Assembly (NCBI GenBank): GCA_017399145.1
Contig: JAFQEG010000011.1
Span: 7,306 to 71,305 of the forward strand
Source: Clostridia bacterium
GTDB taxonomy: Bacteria; Bacillota; Clostridia; Oscillospirales; CAG-272
Direction: 5' to 3'
Length of the DNA: 64,000 bases
Shown here one piece after another: positions 38,320 through 47,499 of the stretch. A model generated the notes under the pieces. It ran no database searches. It worked only from the letters and a program-made list of their open reading frames with translations, and was not told the origin of the DNA. A program made the position numbers and the translations under genes. How positions within the stretch are numbered: the stretch's first letter is position 1; the number at the start of each line of letters is the position of its first letter.

Positions 38320-39792
38320 TTAAAATTGCTTATATACGTTTTTGAGAGAGGGGTAAAGCTTTTTCCAAAGCTGATATTTTTGCTCGTATTTTTGGGTGAG
38401 GGCTTGGTCGGGGGCTGTTTCGTCCTTTATTTTAATTAGCTTTTGTGTGGCTTCCTCTACGGTATTATATTCGCCACAGCCTACCATTGCAAGGATTGCA
38501 CCACCGTAGGAGGGACCCTCCTCAATTTCTGTGCGAAGCACAGGAATACCAAGAACATTTGCCAAGATTTTGCGCCAAAGCGGACTCTTTGCGCCACCAC
38601 CACAGGCGGTGGTTTTTTCTATTTTGATGCCTGCCTCCTTAGCAATTTCTACGCAATCACGAAGGGCAAAGGCAACACCCTCTAAAACGGAAAGTGTCAT
38701 TTGACATCTTTTTGTATTTGGTCGCATTCCTATAAATGCACCACGGGCATCGGTATCGTTATGGGGACTTCTTTCACCCATTAGGTAAGGCAAGAATAAA
38801 ACCTCGTTTTCGCCAAGGTAAGCATCGCACTCTGATTCCTCTTTCCTAAAATCGGTTGTGCCGAGAACATCCTCAACCCACCACTTATTACAGGATGCAG
38901 CAGAGAGAATACAGCCCATTAGGTGATATTTGCCGTTTGAGTGGCAGAAGCTATGAAGTGCATTTGAGGAATCAACAAAGAAGTTATCTTGAGATACAAA
39001 AACAGTACCACTTGTGCCAAGGGAAATATTACAGCTACCATTATTTACAGTGCCTGTACCAACGGCAGCGCCGGCATTATCACCTGCGCCTATTACGATT
39101 GCTACGTCCTTGTCAAGACCTAGCTTTTTGGCAAGGTCGGTCTTGAGTGTGCCGATTTTCTCGCTTGATTCGTAAAGTGAGGGTAGCATTTTTTCTGTAA
39201 CTCCACAGATTTTTAGCATTTCCTTATTCCAGCATCTGTTTTCAACGTCTAAAAGTAGCATACCTGAAGCATCGGAAAAATCCGTTGCAAAGGACCCACT
39301 TAGCATATATGCAAGGTAGTCCTTAGGTAGCATAATTTTTTCGATTTTCTCAAAGATTTCAGGCTCGTTTTCCTTAACCCATAAAATTTTTGGTGCAGTA
39401 AAGCCTGCAAAGGCAATATTTGCCGTATATTCGGATAGCTTTTCCTTGCCGATTACTGTGTTTAGGTATTCGGTTTCCTTAAATGTACGACCGTCATTCC
39501 AAAGAATAGCAGGACGCAAAACCTTATCGTTTTTGTCAAGAATTACAAGTCCGTGCATTTGTCCACCAAAGGAAATACCACGAACTCTTGATTTATCGGT
39601 GTCCTCTAGCAATTCAACCATGCCATCAAGAGTAGAAGTGTACCAATCCTCTGGGGATTGCTCGCTCCAACCACTTAGCGGGTAGACAACGGGGTATGAG
39701 CGAGCCACTGATTTTAATATTTTACCATCGGCACTAACTAGTGATAGCTTAACTGATGAGGTGCCTAGGTCTATTCCTATATAAGTATTCAT
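38320..39792 (-). CDS. xylB: Xylulokinase
   Basis: YIGIDLGTSSVK, GQMHGLV, PAILWNDGRT, GAGDNA, FLPYLMGERSPH; next to xylA. Confidence 0.96.
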   Translation of the reverse strand: MNTYIGIDLGTSSVKLSLVSADGKILKSVARSYPVVYPLSGWSEQSPEDWYTSTLDGMVELLEDTDKSRVRGISFGGQMHGLVILDKNDKVLRPAILWNDGRTFKETEYLNTVIGKEKLSEYTANIAFAGFTAPKILWVKENEPEIFEKIEKIMLPKDYLAYMLSGSFATDFSDASGMLLLDVENRCWNKEMLKICGVTEKMLPSLYESSEKIGTLKTDLAKKLGLDKDVAIVIGAGDNAGAAVGTGTVNNGSCNISLGTSGTVFVSQDNFFVDSSNALHSFCHSNGKYHLMGCILSAASCNKWWVEDVLGTTDFRKEESECDAYLGENEVLFLPYLMGERSPHNDTDARGAFIGMRPNTKRCQMTLSVLEGVAFALRDCVEIAKEAGIKIEKTTACGGGAKSPLWRKILANVLGIPVLRTEIEEGPSYGGAILAMVGCGEYNTVEEATQKLIKIKDETAPDQALTQKYEQKYQLWKKLYPSLKNVYKQF

Positions 39793-39801
39793 TTTTATAC
39801 C

Positions 39802-41118
39802 TTAATTGAAAAGAATTTGATTGATAACGCCCTCTAGGTATTCTTGCTTACCACTACCTGGAAGTGAAGCCTTACCAAGACCCTCTGCGTAAGCTGAGAT
39901 TTCCTCAAGCGTTGCATTACCTGAAAGAATCTTCTTGCCGATTTCGGTATTGTAGTAGCTTGAATATCTTTGCGCCTTAAACTCGTCAATGCGTCCGTCC
40001 TCGATAAGCTCGCAAGCCTTCAAAAGACCGAGAGCAAAGGTATCCATACCAAGAATAAAGCCGATAAACATATCCTCATAGGTATATGATGGACGTCTAT
40101 TCTTTGCGTCGAAGTTGAAGCCACCAGTCAAGCCACCTGCCTTTAGTACCTCGTACATACACATAGTAGCAGAGTAAACGTCAAATGGGAATTCGTCTGT
40201 GTCCCAGCCTAGTAGGTAGTCGCCTTGGTTTGCGTCAATTGAGCCAAGCATACCATTGATTGCGCTAATTCGAAGGTCGTGCTCAAAGGTATGACCTGCA
40301 AGGGTTGCGTGGTTAGCCTCAATATTCATCTTAAAGTCCTTATCAAGACCGTGTGCCTTCAAAAAGCCTATTGCAGTTGCTGCATCGAAGTCGTATTGAT
40401 GCTTCATTGGCTCCTTTGGCTTTGGCTCGATATAGAAGTCACCTGTAAAGCCTATTTTTCTGCCATACTCAACTGCCATCTTCATTAGGCGAGCAATATT
40501 GTCCTGCTCAAATTTAACGTCGGTGTTTATAAGAGTTTCATAGCCCTCACGACCACCCCAGAATACGTAGCCACGACCACCGAGCTTAACTGTTAGGTCA
40601 AGTGCCTTCTTAACCTGTGCGCAAGCAAAGGCAAAAACCTCGGCGCTATTGGAGCTACCTGCACCGTTACAGAAGCGAGGATTTGAGAACATATTAGCTG
40701 TGCCCCAAAGACACTTAATGCCTGTACCCTTCATCTTTTCAAGAATGTAGTCGGTGATTTCGTCAAGACGTCTGTTAGTTTCGTTAATATCCTCTGCCTC
40801 GGGAACGATATCAACATCGTGGAAGCAGAAATACTTAATGCCTAGCTTTTGCATAAACTCAAAGCCTGCATCTACCTTAGCTCTTGCGTGCTCCATTGTG
40901 CCGTACTCACAGCCGAAGGATTTGTTAGCAACGCCACGACCAAACATATCTGTGCCCTCTGCACAAAGATTGTGCCACCAAGCCATAGCAAAGGGAAGAT
41001 GCTCGGACATTTTCTTGCCCATAACTACGCGCTCAGGGTCGTAATACTTAAAGGCAAGTGGGTTTTTGCTCTTAGGACCCTCGTATTTGATTTGTGGAAT
41101 TGATTCGAAAATTGACAT
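39802..41118 (-). CDS. xylA: Xylose isomerase (class II)
   Basis: [56 protein letters not shown]. Confidence 0.97.
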   Translation of the reverse strand: MSIFESIPQIKYEGPKSKNPLAFKYYDPERVVMGKKMSEHLPFAMAWWHNLCAEGTDMFGRGVANKSFGCEYGTMEHARAKVDAGFEFMQKLGIKYFCFHDVDIVPEAEDINETNRRLDEITDYILEKMKGTGIKCLWGTANMFSNPRFCNGAGSSNSAEVFAFACAQVKKALDLTVKLGGRGYVFWGGREGYETLINTDVKFEQDNIARLMKMAVEYGRKIGFTGDFYIEPKPKEPMKHQYDFDAATAIGFLKAHGLDKDFKMNIEANHATLAGHTFEHDLRISAINGMLGSIDANQGDYLLGWDTDEFPFDVYSATMCMYEVLKAGGLTGGFNFDAKNRRPSYTYEDMFIGFILGMDTFALGLLKACELIEDGRIDEFKAQRYSSYYNTEIGKKILSGNATLEEISAYAEGLGKASLPGSGKQEYLEGVINQILFN

Positions 41119-41197
41119 AATAAATCTCCTTAAAAAATATTTTTCTATTATAATCTTAATATATATAGGTTGCAATTTCTATTCATTAGTGATATAA

Positions 41198-41220
41198 TTA
41201 TAATCATAAATTAAGATTTT
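41198..41220 (-). promoter_or_regulatory. Candidate AraC operator, copy 1 (faces xylA)
   Basis: TTATAATCATAAATTAAGATTTT is the exact reverse complement of 41995-42017. Confidence 0.6.
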
Positions 41221-41230
41221 GAGGTGCAAA

Positions 41231-41995
41231 ATGGTAATATATGAAGAATTTAGGTCTTACTTAAATTATGAAACCTTTGAGCGAGATGACGAAAATATAA
41301 CCTTCGACCTTCATTTGCATAATAGCTTTGAGATATTTTACGTAATGGAGGGGGAGGTAATAGTTACTATTGAGGGGTGCGATTATTCGGTTTTGAAGGG
41401 ACAGGCTATAATGATTTTACCTAACAGAATTCACTCCTACAAAACTCCTGATAAATCAAAAAGTCGTGTTCACATCTTTGCAAATAACTATATAAGCTCC
41501 TTTTATCACAAGGTAAAGGACAAAACACCGAAAAATCCGGTTTTTGATTTGGATTTTTCTGTTTTAGAGGAGCTTCACGCAGAGGGGGCAGACAAGTATC
41601 TTTTGAAGTCGATTTATTACAAAATCGCACATATTTTTAACAAAAGCACCGCCTTTGTTGAAAGAAAAAGCAAAAGCGCCGACAACTACGTTAGGATTCT
41701 TACATATATATCAAAGCATTATCAAGAGCCGATTACGGCAATTGACATGGCAAAAGAATTAGGCTACGACCACAGATACGTAACGTCTCTTATCAAAAAG
41801 GGATTGAAAACCACCTTTAGATCATTGTTGAATGAGCATAGAATTTCCTTGGCTCAGCATCTTTTGACAACGGAAAACAAAAGCATTTCCCAAATTGCAT
41901 ATGAGTGTGGGTACGAAAGCCTTTGCTCATTTAATAGGAATTTTAAGGAAATAACAGGCATAACGCCTAAGGAATTTAGACAAGACAGAAGTTAA
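41231..41995 (+). CDS. AraC family transcriptional regulator (cupin + HTH)
   Basis: LHLHNSFE cupin, ISQIAYECGYESLCSFNRNFKEITGITPKEFR. Confidence 0.93.
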   Translation: MVIYEEFRSYLNYETFERDDENITFDLHLHNSFEIFYVMEGEVIVTIEGCDYSVLKGQAIMILPNRIHSYKTPDKSKSRVHIFANNYISSFYHKVKDKTPKNPVFDLDFSVLEELHAEGADKYLLKSIYYKIAHIFNKSTAFVERKSKSADNYVRILTYISKHYQEPITAIDMAKELGYDHRYVTSLIKKGLKTTFRSLLNEHRISLAQHLLTTENKSISQIAYECGYESLCSFNRNFKEITGITPKEFRQDRS

Positions 41996-42017
41996 AAATC
42001 TTAATTTATGATTATAA
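41995..42017 (+). promoter_or_regulatory. Candidate AraC operator, copy 2 (faces GH31)
   Basis: AAAATCTTAATTTATGATTATAA, a perfect 23-bp inverted copy of 41198-41220. Confidence 0.6.
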
Positions 42018-42084
42018 ATTTATGATTGTTGAATTGCTTTAGGTATGATTATGGTTTAACATAGGAATAGATAGGGGGATTTTT

Positions 42085-44070
42085 ATGCTTAAGATAGATA
42101 ACAACGGACTTATTAGATTTTTTGATGGCGAGCTTGTAAGAATTGAGCCTTGGGGCAAAAACTCCTTACGTGTAAGGGCAACACCTATTGGCAGGCTTGA
42201 CAATGAAGCAAGAGCCTTGCTTGACATAAACGAGGAAAAGGCAGAGATTGAAATTCTTGAAGATTGTGCCACTATTAAAAACGGAAACGCAAGGGCAGAA
42301 ATAGACAAAAACGGAAAAATTACCTTCTACAATCAAAGGGGAGAAAAATTGCTTGAGGAAGCATTAAGGCTAAACCCATTAAAGACTCCTGCAAGATTTT
42401 TTAAGGGTAACCATTTGGGAAAATATCAGCTTACTATGACCTTTGAGTCAAATCCAGAGGAAAAAATATTTGGAATGGGTCAGTATCAGCAAGAGCTTTT
42501 AAACCTAAAGGGTGCTGTTTTGGAGCTAGCACACAGAAATTCGCAGGCTAGCGTGCCCTTTTATTTATCTAGCCTTGGCTATGGCTTTCTTTGGAATTTG
42601 CCAGCTATTGGCGAGGCTATTTTTGGCACTAACCTGACAAAATTTAAGGCAGAGTCAACTGACGTATTAGACTACTTAATAATAGTAGAGGACACTCCTG
42701 CAAAAATAGTTGAGAGGTATATGGAGGCAGTAGGTAAGCCACCTAAAATGCCTGAGTACGCACTAGGGCTTTGGCAATCTAAGTTGCGTTATAGCACTCA
42801 AGAGGAGCTAATGAGCGTTGCAAGGAAATATAAGGAGCTTGGTATTCCACTTTCCGTTATAGTTTGCGACTTTTTCCATTGGCCTCATCAAGGGGATTAT
42901 CGCTTTGACTATGATTATTTCCCAGACCCCCTTGCTATGACTAAGGAGCTTGCACAAATGGGCACAGAGCTTATGGTGTCCGTTTGGCCTACCGTTGAAA
43001 AGGGTGGCGAAAGCTACGAGGAAATGCTTGAGGGTGGTATGCTTATTAAGAATGACAGAGGCTCATTTATGCAAATGGATTGCGTACAGCCGGCTGTATT
43101 CTATGATGCGACTAACCCAGATGCAAGACAATACGTTTGGAATAAGATAAAGAAAAATTATTACGATAAGGGTATTCGCCTTTTCTGGCTTGATGAGGCT
43201 GAGCCTGAATATATGACCTATGATTTTGACAATCATAGATACTACAAGGGCCATTGTGCCGAGGTGGGAAATGTTTACCCCGTTGATTATCTAAAGGGCT
43301 TTTATGAGGGACTTATAGAGGCAGGGGAAAAGGAGCCTATTTGTCTTATTCGTTGTGCTTGGGCAGGTAGCGCAAAATATGGTGCTCTTGTTTGGAGTGG
43401 CGATATTATGCCAACCTTTGAGGCGTTAAGATGTCAAATTAGAGCCGGGCTTAATATGGCAATTGCTGGCATTCCTTGGTGGACTACCGATATTGGAGGC
43501 TTTGACGAGGGTGATCCTGACGACGAGGACTATCGTGAGCTTGTTGTAAGATGGTTTGAGTATGCAACCTTCTTGCCTGTCCTTCGTATGCACGGCTATC
43601 GTGCGCCATATATTCCTGCAAGGGAAGGAGCAACGGGTGCCGGTCAATGCTTTAGTGGTGGAGATAACGAGCTTTGGTCCTATGGCGAGGACAATTTCCA
43701 AATAATGAAGGACTACGTTTTCCTAAGAGAAAGACTAAGACCTTATCTAAAGGAAATTATGGATGTAGCCCACAAGCAGGGTACACCACCTACAAGGCCA
43801 CTATTTTATGATTTTCCAACCGACTTAAAATGTTGGGAAATTGAGGACCAATTTATGCTTGGTAACGACCTTTTAGTTTGTCCTGTATGCTATTTAGGAA
43901 AGCGACAAAGAGAGGTGTATTTACCAAGTGGAAGCTCTTGGATTGATGCATTCTCTGGCGAGGAAATTCAAGGGGGAGTGTCTATAATTGTTGATGCACC
44001 TATTGAGAAAATACCTGTATTTATAAGAAAGGGTAGCGAGCTTACTACTGAGCTATTTAAGGGAGAGTAA
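42085..44070 (+). CDS. GH31 glycoside hydrolase (alpha-xylosidase-like)
   Basis: GLWQSKLRY, FWLDEAEP nucleophile region, WSGDI, WTTDIGGF, LRMHG, DQFMLG. Confidence 0.92.
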   Translation: MLKIDNNGLIRFFDGELVRIEPWGKNSLRVRATPIGRLDNEARALLDINEEKAEIEILEDCATIKNGNARAEIDKNGKITFYNQRGEKLLEEALRLNPLKTPARFFKGNHLGKYQLTMTFESNPEEKIFGMGQYQQELLNLKGAVLELAHRNSQASVPFYLSSLGYGFLWNLPAIGEAIFGTNLTKFKAESTDVLDYLIIVEDTPAKIVERYMEAVGKPPKMPEYALGLWQSKLRYSTQEELMSVARKYKELGIPLSVIVCDFFHWPHQGDYRFDYDYFPDPLAMTKELAQMGTELMVSVWPTVEKGGESYEEMLEGGMLIKNDRGSFMQMDCVQPAVFYDATNPDARQYVWNKIKKNYYDKGIRLFWLDEAEPEYMTYDFDNHRYYKGHCAEVGNVYPVDYLKGFYEGLIEAGEKEPICLIRCAWAGSAKYGALVWSGDIMPTFEALRCQIRAGLNMAIAGIPWWTTDIGGFDEGDPDDEDYRELVVRWFEYATFLPVLRMHGYRAPYIPAREGATGAGQCFSGGDNELWSYGEDNFQIMKDYVFLRERLRPYLKEIMDVAHKQGTPPTRPLFYDFPTDLKCWEIEDQFMLGNDLLVCPVCYLGKRQREVYLPSGSSWIDAFSGEEIQGGVSIIVDAPIEKIPVFIRKGSELTTELFKGE

Positions 44071-44071
44071 T

Positions 44072-46180
44072 ATGGCAAATGTAAGAGAAAAATACAAAAA
44101 GGAATTTGAGGACCGTGCAAGGGCGCTAGTGTCACAAATGACTCTTGAGGAAAAGGTTTCTCAAATGATAAACAAGACGCCTGAGATTGAGCATCTAGGC
44201 ATTAAGGAATACGACTGGTGGAACGAGGCACTACACGGAGTTGCAAGGGCTGGAGTGGCTACTGTGTTTCCACAGGCTATTGCCCTTGGTGCTACCTTTG
44301 ATACAACTCTTGTTGAAAGAATTGCTGACGTAATTTCAACCGAGGCAAGAGCAAAATACAATGCCTCACAAAGAGTTAAGGACTATAAGGGCTACAAGGG
44401 ACTTACCTTCTGGTCTCCTAACGTAAATATTTTCCGCGACCCTCGTTGGGGCAGAGGTCACGAAACCTATGGAGAGGACCCATATTTGACCGCAAGAGTT
44501 GGCGTTGCATTTATAAACGGATTACAGGGCTACGACGAGAAATATCTAAAATCTGCCGGCTGTGCTAAGCACTTTGCAGTACACTCTGGTCCTGAGGGCA
44601 TAAGAAGTAGCTTTAATGCTAAGGTTGGTCAAAGGGATTTGTGGGAAACCTATTTGCCTGCCTTTGAGGCTTGTGTTAAGGAAGCACAGGTTGAGGGCGT
44701 TATGGGTGCTTACAACAGAACAAACGACGAGCCCTGTTGTGGAAGTCCGACGCTCTTAAAGGGTATTTTAAGAGATAAGTGGGGCTTTGACGGTTACGTT
44801 ACCTCTGACTGTGGAGCTATTGCGTATTTTCACGATTATCACAAGGTGACAAATGAGCCTGTTGAATCGGTTAAGCTTGCAGTTGAAAACACCTGTGATT
44901 TAAACTGTGGCTGTATGTATCAGCATGCTGTCAATGCAGTAAAGAGCGGATTGCTTGACGAAAAATACGTTGACGAGTGTCTTGTTAGATTATTTACAAC
45001 CAGAATGAAGTTAGGCGAGTTTGACGAAAGCACTCCTTGGGACAATATTCCTTACTCAGTTGTTGCTTGTCCCGAGCACAGGGCTTTAGCACTTGAAAGC
45101 GCAAAAAAGAGCATTGTGCTTTTGAAAAATAATGGTGCTTTGCCTCTTGATAAGAAAAAAATTAAGTCTATTGGTGTAATTGGACCTAATGCAAACAACC
45201 GAGTTGCACTTCAGGGTAACTATCACGGTACTGCCACAAGATACGTAACTGTCCTTGAGGGAATACAGGATTTTTGCGAAAAAGAGGGGATACGTGTCTA
45301 TTTTTCAGACGGCTGTGACCTTATAAGACCTAGCGTTGAGTGGTACGAAAACGACCGACTTGACGAGGTAAGAGAGATTTGTCGTGAATGTGACGTTGTA
45401 ATTGGTGTTTTTGGCCTTGACGAAACACTAGAGGGCGAGGAAATGGCTGGTGGTCTTGGTATGCAGGGCGACAAGCCGGATTTAAAATTCCCTGGTATTC
45501 AAAACCAAATAATGAAGGAAATTTCAAGCAATGCAAAGAAGTCAATTCTTGTGTCGCTAACAGGTAGCGCTATGGATTTAAGTCAGCAGGACAAGGATTA
45601 CGATGCTATAATTCAGGGCTGGTATCCCGGCGAAAAGGGTGGTGAGGCAATCGCTAAGGCTATTTTTGGCGAATACTCCTTTGAGGGTAAGCTACCTATT
45701 ACCTTCTATAAAAGCACTGAGGACGTGCCTAATTTTCTCGATTACTCTATGAAGGGTCGTACATATAGATATATTGAAACCGAGCCACTTTACCCCTTTG
45801 GCTATGGCCTTTCCTATAACGACTACGTGGTTGAAGCTAAGCTAGAGGGCAATATGGAAAATGGCTTTGAAATTGATGCAACTGTTGAAAATAAGGGTGC
45901 TTATGACGGTAGCGAGGTTGTACAGGTGTACATCAAAGCATTAAGAGAAAATGCACCTAATTTTAGCTTAAAGGCCTTTGAAAGAGTAGAATTGAAGGCG
46001 AGGGAGAAAAAAGCTGTTAAGATACGTCTTAACTCTGAGGCTTTTGCCTTGTACAATGAGGCGGGCAAGTTAGAATTAACTAAGGGAGTATATGAGGTTT
46101 ACGTAGGAAACAGACAACCCGACTCTCGCACTAGTCAGCTTTTGCCAACGGAAATTAAGAAATTCACTATTGAAATCTAA
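44072..46180 (+). CDS. GH3 beta-xylosidase/beta-glucosidase
   Basis: WWNEALHG, RDPRWGRGHETYGEDP, KHF, GYVTSDC, PLYPFGYGLSY. Confidence 0.93.
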   Translation: MANVREKYKKEFEDRARALVSQMTLEEKVSQMINKTPEIEHLGIKEYDWWNEALHGVARAGVATVFPQAIALGATFDTTLVERIADVISTEARAKYNASQRVKDYKGYKGLTFWSPNVNIFRDPRWGRGHETYGEDPYLTARVGVAFINGLQGYDEKYLKSAGCAKHFAVHSGPEGIRSSFNAKVGQRDLWETYLPAFEACVKEAQVEGVMGAYNRTNDEPCCGSPTLLKGILRDKWGFDGYVTSDCGAIAYFHDYHKVTNEPVESVKLAVENTCDLNCGCMYQHAVNAVKSGLLDEKYVDECLVRLFTTRMKLGEFDESTPWDNIPYSVVACPEHRALALESAKKSIVLLKNNGALPLDKKKIKSIGVIGPNANNRVALQGNYHGTATRYVTVLEGIQDFCEKEGIRVYFSDGCDLIRPSVEWYENDRLDEVREICRECDVVIGVFGLDETLEGEEMAGGLGMQGDKPDLKFPGIQNQIMKEISSNAKKSILVSLTGSAMDLSQQDKDYDAIIQGWYPGEKGGEAIAKAIFGEYSFEGKLPITFYKSTEDVPNFLDYSMKGRTYRYIETEPLYPFGYGLSYNDYVVEAKLEGNMENGFEIDATVENKGAYDGSEVVQVYIKALRENAPNFSLKAFERVELKAREKKAVKIRLNSEAFALYNEAGKLELTKGVYEVYVGNRQPDSRTSQLLPTEIKKFTIEI

Positions 46181-46185
46181 AAAGT

Positions 46186-46220
46186 AAAAAGGAAAATTCC
46201 AAAACGGAATTTTCCTTTTT
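46186..46220 (+). terminator. Intrinsic terminator
   Basis: AAAAAGGAAAATTCC-AAAAC-GGAATTTTCCTTTTT. Confidence 0.85.
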
Positions 46221-46231
46221 CTTTAACTGAA

Positions 46232-46816
46232 TTAACGGAGTATTTCCAATCAATCAACAGCTCCCGGGGTTTGTACACACAGGTCAAAATATACCATTTA
46301 CGAACATAAAAGTTAAGCTAAAACGAACTGGCGACCCGTGCGGGAATTGACACCGGAGTTTGTACACACAGGTCAAAATATACCATTTACGAACATAAAA
46401 GTTAAGCTAAAACGAACTGGCGAGCTGTGCGGAAATTAGTCCCGGGGTTTGTACACACAGGTCAAAATATACCATTTACGAACATAAAGGTTAAGCTAAA
46501 ATGAACTGGTGATCCGTGTGGGAATTGACACCGGAGTTTGTACAAAGGGTAGCTTAACGGAGTATTTCCAATCAATCAACAGCTCCCGGGGTTTGTACAC
46601 ACATGTCAAAATATACCATTTGCGAACATAAAGGTTAAGCTAAAAATGAACTGGTGAGCCGTGTGGGAATTAGTCCCGGGGTTTGTACACACATGTCAAA
46701 ATATACCATTTGCGAACATAAAAGTTAAGCTAAAACGAACTGGCGACCCGTGCGGAAATTGACATCGGGGTTTGTACACACAGGTCGCTTAGCGGAGTGT
46801 TTCCAATCAAGCAAGC
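46232..46816. repeat. Composite tandem array: five full 89-90 bp A units, two partial A units and three approx. 30-bp B units (B-A-A-A-a-B-A-A-a-B)
   Basis: A units start 46264, 46353, 46442, 46586, 46676 (partials 46531, 46765); B = TTAACGGAGTATTTCCAATCAA at 46232, 46554 and a variant at 46789. Confidence 0.92.
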
Positions 46817-46831
46817 ATTCGAAATGTAAGC

Positions 46832-46868
46832 AAAAAAGAAGCCCATGGCTTTTTGCCAAGGGCTTCTT
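46832..46868 (-). terminator. Intrinsic terminator of the XRE gene
   Basis: AAAAAAGAAGCCC-ATGGCTTTTTGCCAA-GGGCTTCTT. Confidence 0.75.
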
Positions 46869-47088
46869 ATTTGTAACGCTCAGGATTACTTGTTTCGCCT
46901 AGAAGGTAATCAATGCTAGTGTTGTAAAACCTAGCAAGCTTAATTAGAATGTCGGTTGGAATGTCGTTTTCGCCAGTTTCATACTTGGAGTAGCCTGTTT
47001 GGGACATACCAAGCATTTTTGCGATTTGTGTTTGGGTAAGGTCCTTGTCTTCGCGTAAATCACGGATACGCTTATACATAAAAAACAT
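46867..47088 (-). CDS. XRE/Cro-C1 HTH transcriptional regulator
   Basis: RIRDLREDKDLTQTQIA..SQTGYSKYETGENDIP..SIDYLLG. Confidence 0.92.
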   Translation of the reverse strand: MFFMYKRIRDLREDKDLTQTQIAKMLGMSQTGYSKYETGENDIPTDILIKLARFYNTSIDYLLGETSNPERYK

Positions 47089-47327
47089 CCTTTCTAAATT
47101 TTATAAGGCTTTAGACTTGCGAAAAATCTAAGTACAACTCTATTGTACAATATGAAATTATGCGTTTTTTGTTTTTAACCTAAAAAATCCTAAGCTTTTT
47201 TGAAATTTCGCATAACGTGTTGATTAAATCAACATAAAATGGCAAAGATGAGCTGCGGTGGGGGACGAGTGGGCAAAAAACCGTAAAATTTCCCCAAAAA
47301 GACCCTTCATAATGATGTTCTAACCCT

Positions 47328-47356
47328 ATTATAGCACCTACGGTGGAATTTTGCAA
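47328..47356 (-). promoter_or_regulatory. Sigma-A promoter on the minus strand, about 240 nt upstream of the XRE gene
   Basis: TTGCAA-N17-TATAAT with extended -10 TG on the minus strand. Confidence 0.6.
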
Positions 47357-47408
47357 GCAAAACAAGACAGAGTGTAGAATTAAAGACTATTTTATAGTAT
47401 GTAAAAGA

Positions 47409-47437
47409 TTGACATAAAATAAACCTTGTGATAAAAT
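47409..47437 (+). promoter_or_regulatory. Sigma-A promoter of the GH92 gene
   Basis: TTGACA-N17-TAAAAT with TG. Confidence 0.75.
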
Positions 47438-47499
47438 AGATATGAAAAACGTGTAAATTTAAGACACAGGGTAAAGAAAAATAGGATTAAGGTGAGAAT

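Noticed and set aside
46329-46790. Intact tRNA genes in the repeat array
   Set aside because: Only the last approx. 22 nt resemble a tRNA; there is no D arm, anticodon arm or complete T loop
46232-46816. CRISPR array
   Set aside because: Units are near-identical over their whole 89 bp with no unique spacers, and there are no cas genes in the window
46867-47088. Prophage or ICE marked by the XRE regulator
   Set aside because: No integrase, relaxase, or phage structural or replication genes nearby
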